This document shows positions 1-8,958 of a DNA stretch of 64,000 nucleotides, in pieces (positions within the stretch are counted from its first letter, which is position 1; the number at the start of each line of letters is the position of its first letter). Under the pieces are notes generated by a model that did not search any database, had not been told where the DNA came from, and saw nothing but the letters and a program-made list of their open reading frames with translations. Source of the DNA: Escherichia phage nataliec; the sequence record MN850611.1. The stretch is one strand, 5' to 3'. Both the position numbers and the translations under genes were made by a program.

Positions 1-2
1 CT

Positions 3-2057
3 ACGAAGAATGACTCTAATGATTACATTGGTGCAATGGGTATCGGCTCAAAATCTCCATTTGCAATTGCTCAGTCATTCACAGTATCTAGCTATGTTGA
101 CGGTGTTGTTAATAAGTACTCTGTTTATCTTGAGAATGGTATTCCTCAAGTAACTAAGCTGACAACTAACCCAACAAAAGAACCTAATGGTTTAGCTGTA
201 CGTGTGGCAGTTGCTGACCACCGTATCTCAAAGTTCTTTGAAGAAGCTGGTAATGTATACTCATACTTTGCTGTAAAACCAGAAAGTAATATTGTGTACG
301 ACGATGTATTAGCAGATATGAACGTCATTGCCCGTGAAGAGGGTGTTTATGATGCCATGATTCATAAGCAAAGTTGGCGTTCTAGTGGTAACAGGACAGA
401 GTTTAATGTGGTGATGGGTAACATTGCCTACCCTGTTAACATGGAAGCATTACTTGGTGATGACTTCTTCAAAGTATTGCCAGAATTTTTCCGTAGGAGC
501 GTAGACCTTGTAAACATCTACATGCCTATTGGTTCAGTTGCTATTGCAGCTTCTCGTGAAGCATTGCAGATGAATGACACGACAAAAAATGTTATCATTG
601 AGGCTACTAAAAAGATAACTGAAGCCATTACAAAGGATGTTATCAAGAAAGTTAATAGCCAACCTACACTCATGGATGCTGCACAGGCTTATGCTGAGTT
701 ACGTTTGAACTCACGAGAGATGTTTAATGCTGTGTGTCCAAAGCTAGAGTGGGGAGGCGTTAAGCTTGATTCTCTGGAAGAAGAATTGCTAAACATTCGT
801 CGTGGGATTATCTACGCAGAAGACGGCTCAGTCATTTATGAACGTGACGGTAAAGGTAATATTAAGGTTGACAGTAAAGGAAACAACATTCCTAAAGTGG
901 ACTACCTATACAATCCAGTTGCTTATGTCAAGTTCAACTCTTTAGAGAGTAAGATTCGTGCAACAGCACTTTCCTACACTCAAGAGGCAAGTATGTTCAA
1001 TATCTTTGGTGCAATGCGTAAAAGCCAAATTGAACAGTTTTTGTTCGTGATTAATGACCGTCGCAATAAAAATGGCACTGAGAAGACTGTAGGCCGCAAT
1101 CAGATTCTGCGTGGTGCATGTCGAGACTACGCTAACGAGTCAAGCCTGTTCCACAGATACAATGGTATTGTGTTTGTATTCTCGACTGAAAAAGAGTTAG
1201 ATGACTTAATCAACCTACACAAACTTGATAAAAGCTTGTTAAAGATTGTGAAAATGTCTGATAAGGAGCACCATTACCAGCGCAAAGAAGCTGTAAGGGG
1301 TGTTGTAAAACTCTGGAAAGCTGTTCCATCAGAAACTAAAGCTTCATACACAGAGGTGTCAGAAGACCTAGATACAATTGAAGAACCCCAGCTTTATATC
1401 AAGGCAGTAGGCGACACAGTTGATGGTGAATGTTTTTGCTCATCCCCAGAAGATGTAGCTAAAACAATTGCTAATGTTATAGGAAAAACAGTCTATGTTT
1501 TCCGAAAAGCAAATTGGAAAAAGATACCAGAAGACTGGATTGAAGTAGATGAGAAGCTATTGAATGACAGCTTAACTGATGTTCACTGGATTAATCATAA
1601 CAGGTATATGACACGTATCTATATGAATGGTGTCCTTGACCTTACAAGTAGTTGGATTATTGCCAGAAACTTTACGTTTAATAACAAGAAGATTTCTCGC
1701 GGGTATTGCTATTCACGAGATACAAACAAAACCATCTTCTTAGAAGGTAATGAGAATGCTGTTGAGGCAATGTTTGGTAAGATTCAGTATGTGGCTGCAC
1801 CGTTTGCATACACTTACACTATCAGTGTTCTTCAGGATTTGAAGTCATGCCTTGACAATGATACAAAACTGTACAAAAAGATTAAGAAAGCGGGTGACCG
1901 CATGGTTATCAAACTGACAAACTATCTTTCAAAAAGAAAACAAGAAAACTTCTTGCTTTCTCATTTAGATTGGAATAAAGTGTCACCCATCGAAGTGAGT
2001 AAGTTCTTAGGTTTTGATGTGAAGTGTGTTCCAGAAGGAACTACAATTTACGATTAA
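3..2057 (+). CDS. rIIA: rIIA-like protein, C-terminal part (5' end lies upstream of the window)
   Basis: Frame is open from the window edge to stop at 2057 (first ATG at 36). Motifs GIGSKSPFAIAQSFTVSSY and IAASREALQMNDTTKNVIIE resemble T4 rIIA as recalled from memory. Followed by an rIIB-like gene. Confidence 0.6.
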   Translation, partial: TKNDSNDYIGAMGIGSKSPFAIAQSFTVSSYVDGVVNKYSVYLENGIPQVTKLTTNPTKEPNGLAVRVAVADHRISKFFEEAGNVYSYFAVKPESNIVYDDVLADMNVIAREEGVYDAMIHKQSWRSSGNRTEFNVVMGNIAYPVNMEALLGDDFFKVLPEFFRRSVDLVNIYMPIGSVAIAASREALQMNDTTKNVIIEATKKITEAITKDVIKKVNSQPTLMDAAQAYAELRLNSREMFNAVCPKLEWGGVKLDSLEEELLNIRRGIIYAEDGSVIYERDGKGNIKVDSKGNNIPKVDYLYNPVAYVKFNSLESKIRATALSYTQEASMFNIFGAMRKSQIEQFLFVINDRRNKNGTEKTVGRNQILRGACRDYANESSLFHRYNGIVFVFSTEKELDDLINLHKLDKSLLKIVKMSDKEHHYQRKEAVRGVVKLWKAVPSETKASYTEVSEDLDTIEEPQLYIKAVGDTVDGECFCSSPEDVAKTIANVIGKTVYVFRKANWKKIPEDWIEVDEKLLNDSLTDVHWINHNRYMTRIYMNGVLDLTSSWIIARNFTFNNKKISRGYCYSRDTNKTIFLEGNENAVEAMFGKIQYVAAPFAYTYTISVLQDLKSCLDNDTKLYKKIKKAGDRMVIKLTNYLSKRKQENFLLSHLDWNKVSPIEVSKFLGFDVKCVPEGTTIYD

Positions 2058-2136
2058 AGTGTTTGACAAGGGGCTTCGAAGCCCCTTAGAATAGCCTTAC
2101 AAAATGATTTATTAACTAACAAGAGAGAGTAATAAG

Positions 2137-3246
2137 ATGACTACTAAAACTAAAGCACAGATTGACGCAGAAATTTACGAACTGGTTAAAGAAGGTAAGC
2201 TGACTAAAACAGCTATTGCACAGAAGTTCAATACTTCAACCCGTTCAGTTGGTCGTGCTGTAGAGCGTCATGAAGCAACCTTAAAAGGTAAGAAAAAGGT
2301 AGCTTCTAAACCAGCTACGAAGACTTTGAAGCAAGTTGCTAAATCAGTTAAAAAGAAAGCTGACAAACCAGTTGAAAAGGTTGTTAAAGAGCCTGTACAG
2401 AAAGCTCCGGTAAATAAACTGCATGAAGCTATGCAGAATGGCAACCAAATTGAGTACATGATTACTGGCGACTCTGTTATCATGACTTTCGGTGCAGATT
2501 CTGAAATCGTTGAATCTACCCATCCGAACTACAAAGAAATCGTGATGGCTGTTGTATCCGGTGAGTATAAGAAAGCTTTCGAACTGATGAACATTCGTAA
2601 GTCTATCGAAAACTTCACTCAGGGTGCTATCACCATCAAAGGTGACAAGTTATTCTACGGTGCTGTTGAGATGCGTTCTACTCTGGTTGACCGTATTCTT
2701 CACATGATGAAGACTGGAGATAAGGGTTTTGAACGCCTTGTGATGTTCTTCGAAAAACTGATGGAAAACCCATCTAAAGACTCTGTAGAACAACTTTGGG
2801 GATTCGTATCTCACCTTGATGTTGAAATTGATGAAGAAGGCTACATCATTGGTTGGAAGAAAGTCTCTACTCATGAAGGCAAGCTGGTTGACTCCCACAC
2901 CTACAGAGTACCTAATGATTTGGGTAACATTGTAGAAATGCCACGTTGGATGGTTGATAATAACCGTAACGTGACTTGCTCTCAAGGTCTTCACGTTGGT
3001 GCTTGGGATTACGTTCGTTTCTTCTCAGGTGATACAATTCTGAAGGTTCGTGTCCATCCACGAGATGTTGTATCTGTTCCAACTGATTACAACGATATGA
3101 AGATGCGCTCGTCTCGTTATGAAGTTGCAGCAATCGTTGATAATCAACGTAAAGTGCTGAAAGCATGGGATGGCAAGACTGAAGCTTTGCATGTCATCGT
3201 TGGCACTGCTGGGGAACTCATCTCTCAGCGTAAACGTGAAATCTAA
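2137..3246 (+). CDS. rIIB: rIIB-like protein with lysine-rich N-terminal insert
   Basis: 369 aa. C-terminal motifs LFYGAVEMRSTLVDRIL and VTCSQGLHV...KVRVHPRDVVSVPTDYNDMKMR match my recollection of T4 rIIB. Sits directly downstream of rIIA-like gene; RBS gagagagt upstream. Confidence 0.65.
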   Translation: MTTKTKAQIDAEIYELVKEGKLTKTAIAQKFNTSTRSVGRAVERHEATLKGKKKVASKPATKTLKQVAKSVKKKADKPVEKVVKEPVQKAPVNKLHEAMQNGNQIEYMITGDSVIMTFGADSEIVESTHPNYKEIVMAVVSGEYKKAFELMNIRKSIENFTQGAITIKGDKLFYGAVEMRSTLVDRILHMMKTGDKGFERLVMFFEKLMENPSKDSVEQLWGFVSHLDVEIDEEGYIIGWKKVSTHEGKLVDSHTYRVPNDLGNIVEMPRWMVDNNRNVTCSQGLHVGAWDYVRFFSGDTILKVRVHPRDVVSVPTDYNDMKMRSSRYEVAAIVDNQRKVLKAWDGKTEALHVIVGTAGELISQRKREI

Positions 3247-3261
3247 TAAGTAATTTCTTAA

Positions 3262-3286
3262 AAGGCTGCTTCGGCGGCCTTTTTTA
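3262..3286 (+). terminator. rho-independent terminator after rIIB
   Basis: GC hairpin gctgc-ttcg-gcggc followed by TTTTTT. Confidence 0.6.
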
Positions 3287-3346
3287 TTTGTATTTTGTGC
3301 AGAGTGCTGTATAATTGTTGTCACGATAAACTAAACAGGAGAACCA

Positions 3347-3895
3347 ATGAAGAAATTGATTCTAGGTTTGTGCTTAATGTTTACAGCACACTTATCTTAT
3401 GCAGTTGACTGCCCAGAGCTATCAATTAGCCAAAAAGTAAACATGTTAAAAGCTTACCAGTATGGTGAGAATAACATGGGTAAAGGTTGGGGTATCACTC
3501 TAGCTGCTATAGCCTTACAAGAGTCAGAGTTAGGTCTGAAGGTAGAGAATAAAAAGACACATGATTATGGTATTTTCCAGAATCACTTGAAGACTGTTGT
3601 AAAGCGTAACAAAATTAGCCCTAATGTGGCTAAAAAGAAACTCTTAAAAGACTTTGACTATGCTGCGAAGGAAACGCACAAAGAACTTGAGTTTTGGACA
3701 AAGGTGCATGGTCAGCCAAAGTCAAAGAAGACTTTACAAAAAGTTTTAGCATCATATAATGCTGGGTATTCGTATAGAATCCCTAAAGCTAAGAAATATT
3801 CTCAAGATGTTTATAACAATATGAAAGTAATTGCTCAATGTGAATTTGCAACAAACATTTCTAAGGTAAACCATGAAAAAATTAAGAAAGTCTGA
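3347..3895 (+). CDS. secreted protein, possible lytic transglycosylase (SLT-like)
   Basis: N-terminal signal peptide MKKLILGLCLMFTAHLSYA; segment AAIALQESELG...YGIFQN resembles the SLT catalytic E-S...GLMQ region; RBS caggag. Confidence 0.4.
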   Translation: MKKLILGLCLMFTAHLSYAVDCPELSISQKVNMLKAYQYGENNMGKGWGITLAAIALQESELGLKVENKKTHDYGIFQNHLKTVVKRNKISPNVAKKKLLKDFDYAAKETHKELEFWTKVHGQPKSKKTLQKVLASYNAGYSYRIPKAKKYSQDVYNNMKVIAQCEFATNISKVNHEKIKKV

Positions 3896-4568
3896 TGAAG
3901 TATTGTGCCATGCTTATGACTTACATCCTCATGAGTTAGGTCTTGACTCCTGTGTATGGACTCCAGAACAGTGCAGGGATTTTGAAGACACCGCAAGAGA
4001 AGTTGTATGTTCACTTGAAGAGTTCCACACATCAGAACCAATTGTGAACGTTGTGGACAAAGATACCGGACAACCCATAGGTGTAAAACGTGATAGTTTA
4101 GTCATAGTCAATAAAGACCTTGTAGAAAAAGGGAATCTTATCTTAGCAGATATTGATGGTGTTCTTACAAATTTTAATCACGAAGATTGTTCAACGGAAT
4201 TGACTGATGGTTCATTTTCACAGTACACTAATCTTCTTGACTCTGTAAGAGCAAAACCAACGTATGTTTTCAATATCATTGATGCAATTGCTAATCATGC
4301 TGCCGTTGGACTCTTGACAGCGAGAGGTGAATCTCAGAGAATACCTACTGAGATGTTTTTAAGGCATAACACAGAGCATGACTACATGCTTTTTATGCGT
4401 GGTTTTGGGACTAACTCTATAAGTGCAGAAAGTTTGAAAGTGAGGATGATTCAGTCTTGCATCCTGCCTTACTTTAATATAGTATGTTTTATAGAAGACA
4501 CAGAGAAGAATGTGCAGAAGGTGAACAGAATCCTTCCACACATCAAAACCATGTTAGTTAAACATTGA
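3873..4568 (+). CDS. HAD-superfamily hydrolase-like protein (possible nucleotidase/phosphatase)
   Basis: HAD motif I D-x-D-G-V (LILADIDGVLT) and a motif II-like GLLTARG; 231 aa. Confidence 0.35.
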   Translation: MKKLRKSDEVLCHAYDLHPHELGLDSCVWTPEQCRDFEDTAREVVCSLEEFHTSEPIVNVVDKDTGQPIGVKRDSLVIVNKDLVEKGNLILADIDGVLTNFNHEDCSTELTDGSFSQYTNLLDSVRAKPTYVFNIIDAIANHAAVGLLTARGESQRIPTEMFLRHNTEHDYMLFMRGFGTNSISAESLKVRMIQSCILPYFNIVCFIEDTEKNVQKVNRILPHIKTMLVKH

Positions 4569-4578
4569 GAGAAAACTT

Positions 4579-5043
4579 ATGAACAATATCATTACGGTAG
4601 CACTGGACGTTACGGCAAACAAATCTGAAGTAGTTCGTAACATTATCAAGAGCAACTTTGAGGGTAAAATCTTCCGTGCTGTCAATGTAAAAGCAGACGG
4701 CAACATCCGAGAGTATCGTGCTCTTTTGAATGTTAAGAAACACGTAAAAGGTTCTGGCTCAACGACAGCACACAAAGAAAACCTGATGACCATCTATGAT
4801 ATGGGGATGGCTTCAGAATTAGGTGCTGAAGGTATCGTTAAAGAAGGTGCTCCGTATCGCTCTTTCAATCTGGAAACTGCTCTCATGCTTTCCTTTACAA
4901 GTGGTTCTAAAACAACTACTTATCTCTTTACTGATGCTGCAACGGTATCTGCTATCAAGGATAGCACTGTCAAAGCTGGCGTAGTTGCTGCTGCAAAAGC
5001 TTCTTCGATGGCTGCGAATATCCTTGCTAAAGTCCTCGGTTAA
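4579..5043 (+). CDS. hypothetical protein
   Basis: 154 aa ORF with RBS, followed by a strong terminator. Confidence 0.5.
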   Translation: MNNIITVALDVTANKSEVVRNIIKSNFEGKIFRAVNVKADGNIREYRALLNVKKHVKGSGSTTAHKENLMTIYDMGMASELGAEGIVKEGAPYRSFNLETALMLSFTSGSKTTTYLFTDAATVSAIKDSTVKAGVVAAAKASSMAANILAKVLG

Positions 5044-5054
5044 GGTTAAGATAC

Positions 5055-5080
5055 AGGCTCCTTCGGGAGCCTTTTTCATT
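5055..5080 (+). terminator. rho-independent terminator
   Basis: Hairpin aggctcc-ttcg-ggagcct followed by TTTTT. Confidence 0.7.
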
Positions 5081-5095
5081 TCAGGAGATTGCTAA

Positions 5096-5443
5096 ATGAC
5101 ATTTAAAGAGTTCTGTCAAGCCACTTTCATAATTGTTTTCTTAGTTGGGGCGGGTGTCTGGGGAGGATACTCTTACAGAGACTACCAAGTTGCTGAAGCT
5201 GAGCTAAATAATGAGAAACTAATAAGTGTTGCCAAAGATGCTTATCAGGAAGGTTTAGCCACACTGAGCACCAATTACAAAAATGATTTGAAAGATGTGC
5301 TTGCTAAGAATAAGCATACAAAAGAGGTACTAACGTATGAAAAGACTAAGCCAGAGTTTTATAATGTTTGTGTTACTGATAATTATGTCAGGGTGTTCAA
5401 CGAACAAAGTGAGCAGTACATTCAAAAACTCCCAAGTAAGTGA
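5096..5443 (+). CDS. membrane protein with N-terminal TM helix and coiled-coil (i-spanin-like candidate)
   Basis: TM segment FIIVFLVGAGVWGG then charged helical region; 3' end overlaps the start of a lipoprotein gene in another frame. Confidence 0.35.
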   Translation: MTFKEFCQATFIIVFLVGAGVWGGYSYRDYQVAEAELNNEKLISVAKDAYQEGLATLSTNYKNDLKDVLAKNKHTKEVLTYEKTKPEFYNVCVTDNYVRVFNEQSEQYIQKLPSK

Positions 5444-5606
5444 GAGTGATAAGTACACTCAAGAAGAATCACGGTATATCATCAAAGGCAACACAGGCAG
5501 TGATGTAGCAGCAGCCCTTGAGTTTTATCGTGATGGTTTTTACCAGTGCACAATCAAAGCTAATAACCTTATTGATATGATTTTATTAGGAAACAAACAG
5601 CAATGA
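5337..5606 (+). CDS. lipoprotein (o-spanin-like candidate)
   Basis: Signal peptide with lipobox-like IMSGC; start lies inside the preceding TM-protein gene (Rz/Rz1-like architecture); RBS aaagagg. Confidence 0.35.
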   Translation: MKRLSQSFIMFVLLIIMSGCSTNKVSSTFKNSQVSESDKYTQEESRYIIKGNTGSDVAAALEFYRDGFYQCTIKANNLIDMILLGNKQQ

Positions 5607-5872
5607 CAGAGAATGAAGACACTTTCTATGTAGAAGGGTACTTACTACTACCACGACCAAAAGAAACTTATATGCGTGTTGATTTCTCACCAACCATTAT
5701 GGACAACGTGATGTGTCATATCTTTATGCAAGGTGTCACAGCACAGCTTAAGCATGTTGGTAAAGAGTGCAAAATAAAGGTTGACACTCATCCAGAAATC
5801 AAAGAGAATCACTACACATGGTTCTTACCAGACTCTAAAGAAATCTTAGCAGTTCTTAAAACGAGGAAATGA
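5603..5872 (+). CDS. hypothetical protein
   Basis: 89 aa ORF, ATGA start/stop overlap with previous gene. Confidence 0.45.
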   Translation: MTENEDTFYVEGYLLLPRPKETYMRVDFSPTIMDNVMCHIFMQGVTAQLKHVGKECKIKVDTHPEIKENHYTWFLPDSKEILAVLKTRK

Positions 5873-6183
5873 TTATGCAATTCCAGCCAACAAATCGTGG
5901 ATTTTCTTATGCAGAATTTAAAGATGCTAAAGGGGAAATTTGTACTTTACAAGAGAGTTCATCATATGAACCATGTATCTGGTTAGGTGCTAAAGAGGTC
6001 TCTGTTCAGTACCTAGATGGTGGCTGGAAAACACTTGATATCCCAGCATTAGTAGGCAAAGATTTTGTAGGTAACCAAAGAATGAAACTCAATCAAGAAC
6101 AGGTAAAAGAACTGTTGCCGTACCTTCAATACTTTGCTGAAAATGGTGAATTACCAACAGAGGAACTTACAAATGCAGATTAA
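5869..6183 (+). CDS. hypothetical protein
   Basis: 104 aa ORF in translationally coupled series. Confidence 0.45.
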   Translation: MIMQFQPTNRGFSYAEFKDAKGEICTLQESSSYEPCIWLGAKEVSVQYLDGGWKTLDIPALVGKDFVGNQRMKLNQEQVKELLPYLQYFAENGELPTEELTNAD

Positions 6184-6499
6184 TGGAAGAGACTTTGTAG
6201 CCGTTTACTACGAGAAAGATAAAGAAGTTGGCGTAGCACAAGTATCTTATGGTAATGGTAAGTGGTTGTATGGGACAATCGCAGTAGTCGGAACAAGAAG
6301 TGATACAAAAACTTTTAAAGATTGTGTTGACCTTCTTGAAGAATCCATACACAATCATTGGTGTCTGATATGGATGACTGACAACGAAGTGATAGAACGC
6401 TTCAAAAAGATTGGTATCAACATTGATAGCATTGAGCATGTTGACTTGTATGAGCTAACTGAGAAGGTAAACTATGAAAGTAATACTAGCCAGAGATAA
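6173..6499 (+). CDS. hypothetical protein
   Basis: ORF track start is 6134; internal ATG at 6173 has a better RBS (gagga) and removes a 50-nt overlap. Confidence 0.4.
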   Translation: MQINGRDFVAVYYEKDKEVGVAQVSYGNGKWLYGTIAVVGTRSDTKTFKDCVDLLEESIHNHWCLIWMTDNEVIERFKKIGINIDSIEHVDLYELTEKVNYESNTSQR

Positions 6500-6707
6500 A
6501 AAGACCCGCAAGATTGTACGTTCAGCAGTATTCATAGGGAGAGATGAAGTCGTCCCGTTTGCAGGGGAAGATGTGCTAACTTATAAGAAGGGTTTAAAAC
6601 GTAAATTCAGTGACCGTTTACGCGGCTTCATCTCTGAACCATTAGAAGATTTCAAAAGTCGCTGTGGCGAAGGCATCATCATTCAAGAGGCAATTATTCA
6701 TGGCTGA
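6474..6707 (+). CDS. hypothetical protein
   Basis: 77 aa basic ORF. Confidence 0.4.
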   Translation: MKVILARDKKTRKIVRSAVFIGRDEVVPFAGEDVLTYKKGLKRKFSDRLRGFISEPLEDFKSRCGEGIIIQEAIIHG

Positions 6708-6900
6708 TTTCTGCAAAGATTGTGCTATCGAAATGTTTGGACGTGATACAGGTGACTTAAAAGGTCTTATCACTGAAGATGACTTTAAAGCTGGCTATGC
6801 AATGCCAGTAATCTGTGAAGGCTGTGGATGTATCTGGGTAGACCACGAAGGGCAACGTGTAAAACCTTCAGAAGATAAAGAATCTTGGGAGAGATGCTAA
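6664..6900 (+). CDS. hypothetical Cys-rich (zinc-binding?) protein
   Basis: CKDC...CEGCGC cysteine pairs; start may instead be the internal Met at 6700. Confidence 0.4.
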   Translation: MAKASSFKRQLFMADFCKDCAIEMFGRDTGDLKGLITEDDFKAGYAMPVICEGCGCIWVDHEGQRVKPSEDKESWERC

Positions 6901-7686
6901 ATGGGTATTGTAAAAATCATCAATGGGGATATCTTCTCCGCATTTGATAAAGGTAAGTTTGATATTATTGGTCACGGTTGCAACTGTATGAACTTAATGG
7001 GTGCAGGTATCGCTGACAAGATTTCTAAACTTTACCCAAAAGCATATGAGACCGATACAGAAGTTTATCTGTATGCAGGTGGTATAGGCCACAAGCCCTG
7101 TGAAAATTTACTGGGTAATTTCTCTGTAGCACGTTTAAAACAAGGTCGTATAGCTAACCTTTACACTCAGCTTAAGACTGGTAAAGATGCCCGATACAGT
7201 GCTTTAGAGTCATCTTTGAAGAAACTTAACAGGTACTGTGAAGTCAATCAGTTGAAGAAAGTTGGTTTACCTATGATTGGTGCAGGTATCGGTGGACTTG
7301 ACCCTCAAGCCGTCACAGTTATCATCAATCAGGTGATGAAGAGTGTAGATGTTTATCTATATATCTATGAAGGAGAGATGTACCACAAGTTACTCTCAGG
7401 TTGGAAGAACTACTGTGAACCAGAATACTTTGCAGGTGTAGCAGTGTTCACAGATAACGCAGTTACCCTCTTCAGACGAAGAAAAGGTAAGGTACATCAA
7501 AGTAACCCTCCGGTTGAAAAGATGTCTCTAAGTAACGCTCTAGTTACCCACCTGTCGAAGAGCAATCACAGAATTGCAGTAACATTTGGCAGTGATGCAG
7601 ATACTTACATCTATGCAAGAACTGATGAGGATATCGAGACAGTTTTCTCTTCGCCAGAAGTTACCTTCTTAGACGCAAAGAACTAA
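6901..7686 (+). CDS. macro-domain protein (ADP-ribose binding/processing) with C-terminal extension
   Basis: N-terminal IINGDIFSAFDKGKFDIIGHGCNCMNLMGAGIADKISKLYP and later VGLPMIGAGIGGLDP match macro-domain signature blocks; 261 aa. Confidence 0.55.
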   Translation: MGIVKIINGDIFSAFDKGKFDIIGHGCNCMNLMGAGIADKISKLYPKAYETDTEVYLYAGGIGHKPCENLLGNFSVARLKQGRIANLYTQLKTGKDARYSALESSLKKLNRYCEVNQLKKVGLPMIGAGIGGLDPQAVTVIINQVMKSVDVYLYIYEGEMYHKLLSGWKNYCEPEYFAGVAVFTDNAVTLFRRRKGKVHQSNPPVEKMSLSNALVTHLSKSNHRIAVTFGSDADTYIYARTDEDIETVFSSPEVTFLDAKN

Positions 7687-7759
7687 GAAACTTCGTAGTA
7701 TATTCACAATAGACTAAGCCTTTCTTATCTGGTAAATTTTTCAGGTAAGGAGGGCTTTT

Positions 7760-7952
7760 TCATTTCAGAATTGTGCAGGTATATTTCTATAGAGAAATCT
7801 GTAGAGGAAATTTTGAACTCCAAAGAGAAAATTCATTTTCAAACTGTGCAGGTAATCTCCAAAGGGTTTTTTCATTTTCAAAACGTGCAGACCCCGCTCA
7901 GGTCGGGCAAGAAAAATCATTTTAGAATTGTGCAGGTAGGTGGGTGCAGGTG
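7760..7952. repeat. four direct repeats, consensus TCATTTT(c)A(r)AAyyGTGCAGGTA
   Basis: Copies at 7760-7781, 7833-7854, 7872-7893, 7917-7938, plus an extra GTGCAGGT at 7945-7952, in an ORF-poor intergenic stretch. Confidence 0.6.
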
Positions 7953-8115
7953 GGGATGTCGCCATTTCTCACAAGGCTACCACATCTGGAAATAAAAGTC
8001 AACAGAAAAATTTGTAGCGGATTGAAAAATAATTCTTGATTGTAGTTCTGTTTTGTGGTATTCGCGCGCACCCGTTTCATTACAATTTTTGCAAAAAATA
8101 TTTTTAAAATTCCTA

Positions 8116-8144
8116 TTGACTCTTTGAGTATGGTTATCTAATAT
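8116..8144 (+). promoter_or_regulatory. sigma70-like promoter
   Basis: TTGACT, 17-bp spacer, TAATAT; about 50 bp upstream of the CDS at 8195. Confidence 0.55.
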
Positions 8145-8194
8145 TTGCATCAGACGGGCAAGCAAGCCCACTTCCTAAACTGGAGAATCTAAAA

Positions 8195-8401
8195 ATGCTG
8201 TACAGTCGCGAATTGATGGTTACAACTAACATTAACACAAAGGCAAAACGTTTTTACATACAAATCTGTGGCGTATGGTCCAGAATATCAGAAGCTGACT
8301 ATTGCAACTATGTAGAAACGGCTATAAACTCTAATTGCTACCTTACAAGAAATACAAGAAAGTACATAAGACAGACAGCAATTTACTACTACGATAAATA
8401 A
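8195..8401 (+). CDS. hypothetical protein
   Basis: 68 aa ORF downstream of promoter, RBS ctggaga. Confidence 0.4.
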   Translation: MLYSRELMVTTNINTKAKRFYIQICGVWSRISEADYCNYVETAINSNCYLTRNTRKYIRQTAIYYYDK

Positions 8402-8488
8402 AGTACTTTACAAGGGGCTTATAGTTCGATAAAGTAAGCCCCAGATAAAGAGCTTTGCTAACTAACCTTAAACTAGGAGAATCTGAAA
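8401..8488 (+). promoter_or_regulatory. intergenic cassette family A, copy a
   Basis: AAGTACTTTACAA + hairpin GGGGCTTA-loop-TAAGCCCC (8414-8442) + AGATAAAGAGCTTT + conserved leader with SD taggaga; precedes ATG at 8489. Confidence 0.6.
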
Positions 8489-8872
8489 ATGGCATATCGT
8501 GCACCTAAATTCATCAACAAAGACAACTTTCGCAACGCACTGGAGAAGTCACTTGATGAAAAATTTAACGGTAAATTGATTATTGTTCACGCATTCAATT
8601 TTAAGTATGATATTAATGGGAATAAAATCAACCATTACACGGCAACCATGATAGATGGTACACTTTCAAGTGAAAAAGCCGTACTGAATGCACTTGCTGG
8701 ACGCGGTAAAAACCTGATAAAATGTGATAAGCGACGTTATCAGGGCGGCGCATATGGTTATGATGATGCTGTTTACCATCTTGAAAATATGGGCTATCAA
8801 GTAGAAAAAGCTGGAGCATCACAAATCATCGGCAGCGATGGTTATGTAACTATCTTCAAAATTAACAAATAA
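8489..8872 (+). CDS. hypothetical protein
   Basis: 127 aa ORF behind family A cassette. Confidence 0.5.
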   Translation: MAYRAPKFINKDNFRNALEKSLDEKFNGKLIIVHAFNFKYDINGNKINHYTATMIDGTLSSEKAVLNALAGRGKNLIKCDKRRYQGGAYGYDDAVYHLENMGYQVEKAGASQIIGSDGYVTIFKINK

Positions 8873-8958
8873 AGTACTTTACAAGGGGCTTATAGTTCGA
8901 TAAAGTAAGCCCCAGATAAAGAGCTTTAACACTAAATCCTAAATTGGAGAACTTAAAA
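8873..8958 (+). promoter_or_regulatory. intergenic cassette family A, copy b
   Basis: Near-identical to copy a including the hairpin. Confidence 0.6.

Noticed and set aside
7765-8171. Three small ORFs (7765-7965 minus, 7771-7995 plus, 7977-8171 minus) in the direct-repeat and promoter region
   Set aside because: They run through the repeats and the promoter at 8116-8144, overlap each other and lack RBS. The region is more likely regulatory.
8944-8958. TTG-initiated extensions (MENLKM...) of the ORFs at 8944 and 10973, and ATG extension of the ORF at 12694
   Set aside because: The extensions lie inside the conserved cassette leader or UTR hairpin; the ATG at the conserved distance from the SD is used in every other copy.
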